From Hydrolagus colliei (Eukaryota): a DNA stretch of 64,000 bases. The notes under the pieces are model-generated. The model saw only the letters and a program-made list of their open reading frames with translations, was not told where the DNA came from and ran no database searches. Below are positions 60,901 to 64,000 of the stretch, in pieces (within the stretch, counting starts at the first letter, position 1; every line of letters starts with the position of its first letter). Location of the stretch: positions 372,001-436,000 of the forward strand of contig CM068761.1 in assembly GCA_035084275.1 (NCBI GenBank), given 5' to 3'. The translations under genes and the position numbers were made by a program.

Positions 60901-63900
60901 TGCTATTCAGCTTCGTCTCAGAATTGTAGCTTAAATTTTCTGAGTGAATAAACAATGAGATTAAAGAAGCTAAAATGGTATTAGTACCATTACAGAGTTC
61001 CTTTTCTGGCAGTCTCAATAATTCCCCAAAATGTGAGTGTTTGCAGGCCATTGAATCTGTTTCTCCAAATATTTAGTGATGTTATTGAATCCACAAAACA
61101 CTATGTAGATTCACTCAGTCCTTCAGTTCAAACTTTACAAGACACTCTCTTTTCAATAAACCTCTTTCACACTTTCTCTCAAATCTGCAAGTCACTCTTC
61201 CCAGAATCCTTTTATACTTGCACATCTATATTCAATTACCACTTATGTCGTTAAAGCAAATATGCAACATATTTCCTCTATTTGTTTTCTCTGCTCTAAG
61301 TATTCTTGGCCTACTTCACCTCTACCCTAGATCCCAGCCATTACCACAGCATAATATCCAGCAAACACTCACAATGACAATAGAAACCGGCATTTTATAT
61401 GGTTCAGCAGCAGAAAGGATAGCTTCGCTTTGAGACAGCAGTTTGAGAACCCTTCTCACTGATACTTCAATCCCTGAGTGGTTTGACGAAACTATTTCTA
61501 AACTATATATTTTCACCCCGACCAATGAGTAGAGGTACAACCAGCCTGTCAAAACAACTCAATCCTGGAAGTGGACAACTCACAAGATCACAAAAGATTC
61601 TTCAGCTAGAGAGTAATTAAGAAATTAACAACTGGAACAGTTTGCCAGGAAGGGTGGTTGCTCATTTAAAAAACAATTCATTTAAAAAGCACAGCTCAAC
61701 GCTGTGATGTGCATGGTAAGCTCCTGTGTGTGGCTGTTCACTGAGGATAGGATTGATGCCACATAACCAAAGCTCGGCGGCTGTTGGAATTTGTACTGAC
61801 ATTTGGCGCTGCCCTTCAGCTCAAGACTACAGTGAATAAAAGGGGAATATGCTAAAGATAGACGTTGCATTGGCAAGTTCAGAACACAAGATCTGGTCCA
61901 AGCTTTGAACCAGCTGTTGTGAAGCATACAATGTGGGAATGAGGGTAACACAGAGACACCAATGTGCATAAACAGATTCCCATTTCTACCCTTCACATGG
62001 CAATTCAACAGACCACATTTTTTTAATGTCTGACTTTGAGAATGCAATGCCCCTTCACAGAAGACAAATTCAGGCGCTCCTCCTGATGATCTAAATTATA
62101 TTCAGCTGTCGCTGCGTCAATACACAGCCAATAAGTAATTATGGCTGCATTAAAAGTCTTACGTGACCGATATCTCGATGCCTGAATTTAAATTTGTCAA
62201 TATATATATATAGCAGAGTTGTTCTTAAAAGATCAATAGAGTAAACATCTGACAGCAGCTGGAGTATAAAGTAATTCCATGTTCAAGCAGTAGAAATTGT
62301 TTCTTTTACAATTTCATAAATGGAGTAACTGGTTTACTCGAGTTGGGCTAGAAAACAGTCATAGGTTAGGCAGATGGGCTGCTTATGATTTATGGTGCCA
62401 TCAAGATGCTATCCCCCCATGGTAGATTGTTAGTGCAAACCCAGTAAGTCATTTATAACGGGGATTTATTATGTTGAGCTTAGTAACTCTCTGAAGACAC
62501 TTTGAAAGCATCGATGTGGGCAGAGAGGGTTAGAGGTTGGTCCCGGAAGAAGACAAATACTTCAGTAAAAGGAAGGAGTATTTTATATTATAAAAGGTCT
62601 TTTTAATTAGAGAGGAAACTTGGATGATTTTCTGTTGTAAAATAATAGCCGCAGCAGCAATTTATTTAAAAGAAGAATTGATACCCAAATTGAGCTCTAC
62701 TGAAATGATTGGCTGTTAGTTTCTTTTTCATATAAAGTGGTGGTTATTTGTCCACAGGTTAACACTCTCTCCGCCTCATAAACTGAATTGCAGGATTGCA
62801 AATGAGAAGTAATTGGAAGATAATGAGTTTCAGTCACTGGTTGAGGTGATTTCCACGACCTTTGTGCTGAATGCAGTGATGGTAACGAATATTTTATGAA
62901 TTGGAAAGGCCTCCTTGGCTCACATCACTAAAATCTGCCATTAGCATCACTGAGCATCTCGATCTCAGTTAATATTAAATCATATCAGAGTGAATGGCAA
63001 CTGAGCCGGGCATATGGTGAACTTGCACAATTATTTGCACTTTTAAGGTGTAATCGTGCTTTGACTGTTTGGGTTTATGCTGTAGTCCTGTGATTGCTTA
63101 AAGGAAACAATTGGCAAATACATTTTCCCGTCCCTCATTCTCCACCCAAAGTGTGATTCTGTGCTTCCACTCGCTATCCCGTATAGCAGGAGTCTTGAAG
63201 AGACAGGAGGGCTTAGTAAAGGCGATAGAAACAAAGTGAGAGCTCCTGGTACCATTCAGTGGTTTCCACAGTCTTCACAGCTGACATCAGGGTGGAAGCT
63301 GATAACAGGCTTTACCATTTCACCAGTGTTCCCGTTCTACACAGTTGTGGGACGACCTCCCGATGTGAAAGATGCTTTGGATATGTAATTCTGTTGTTGT
63401 TGTTGTGAAGGTGCCTGTGTGGAGTAGTGGGTTAGGACATCTCACCTCTGAGACCTACGCACCTACTAATAGGTTTGACTTAGGACTCTTCCTCCGCCGC
63501 GCCCCATCATGTGGCTTTACCTAATCCCCTTGTGATGTCTGACAGCAGCTTCTGATTGCAGCTGAATCATCTGGTTTAAATTCATGTATTCCTCCCATAT
63601 TATTCTGCATGGCAGGCAATTTGTTGAAGCTATTGGAAAAACATATAGTTCTAACACAATGTACCAATTAGGATGTTGTCAGATTATACAGGAGTTATTA
63701 GACTTGTTACAACCCCAAACATCCAGATCTAGCTAACATTATTACCTCACTCAGCTCCATCTCAAAGCACAGCCAGTACATTTGCACTGTTCTTGGCAAT
63801 TAATATGTTTAATGGAGTTTACCATTATCTCCAGTAAGTTTACTGTCTGTCCAGCCCCTTGGGACATCCTCCTGATGTGAAAGCGCTGTACTGTACAAAT

Positions 63901-64000
63901 GTAATTTTGTTGTTGCTTAAGGTCAGAATGCAGGCTCAGAGATTGACAGGACAGTTCTCAATTTGAATCCCGTTTGCTCACAGTGAAACAAACATTTCTA

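Noticed and set aside
61345-61393. 49-nt leader-like exon suggesting an immunoglobulin/TCR V gene
   Set aside because: No V-domain exon (Cys...Trp...YYC) is seen downstream on the minus strand. It is kept only as part of a weak exon-candidate finding.
38402-64000. Expected 3' exons of a convergent neighbour such as NOC4L (mammalian synteny)
   Set aside because: No translated segment resembled NOC4L or any other protein I recognise.

Overview
Eukaryotic (vertebrate) genomic DNA. The repeat landscape points to a cartilaginous fish, plausibly a holocephalan (inference). The + strand carries ten coding exons (probably exons 2-11; exon 1 lies upstream of the window) of a polypeptide N-acetylgalactosaminyltransferase 9 (GALNT9) ortholog, from 1794 to the stop at 38401. 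All nine introns are GT-AG, phases chain without a break, and the 1574 nt of in-window CDS are uninterrupted. The CDS encodes the GT-A catalytic domain (DAH motif; YGGEN motif of the Y-subfamily) and the ricin-type lectin domain. The rest is intronic or intergenic and dense in retroelements: about 20 copies or fragments of a tRNA-headed SINE ending in atcaaatgcaagg(att)n, L2 LINE 3' fragments ending in (gtt)n, CR1 3' tails and Deu-domain SINE relics. There is also a hAT-type and a pogo/Tigger-type non-autonomous DNA transposon. The most notable non-coding signal is a family of Penelope-like fold-back repeats (three loci) carrying minimal hammerhead-ribozyme motifs. No second gene could be identified with confidence downstream of GALNT9, although several exon-like segments occur at 52-62 kb. 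No prokaryote-type system (CRISPR, operons) is present, and most ORF-track entries are chance ORFs.
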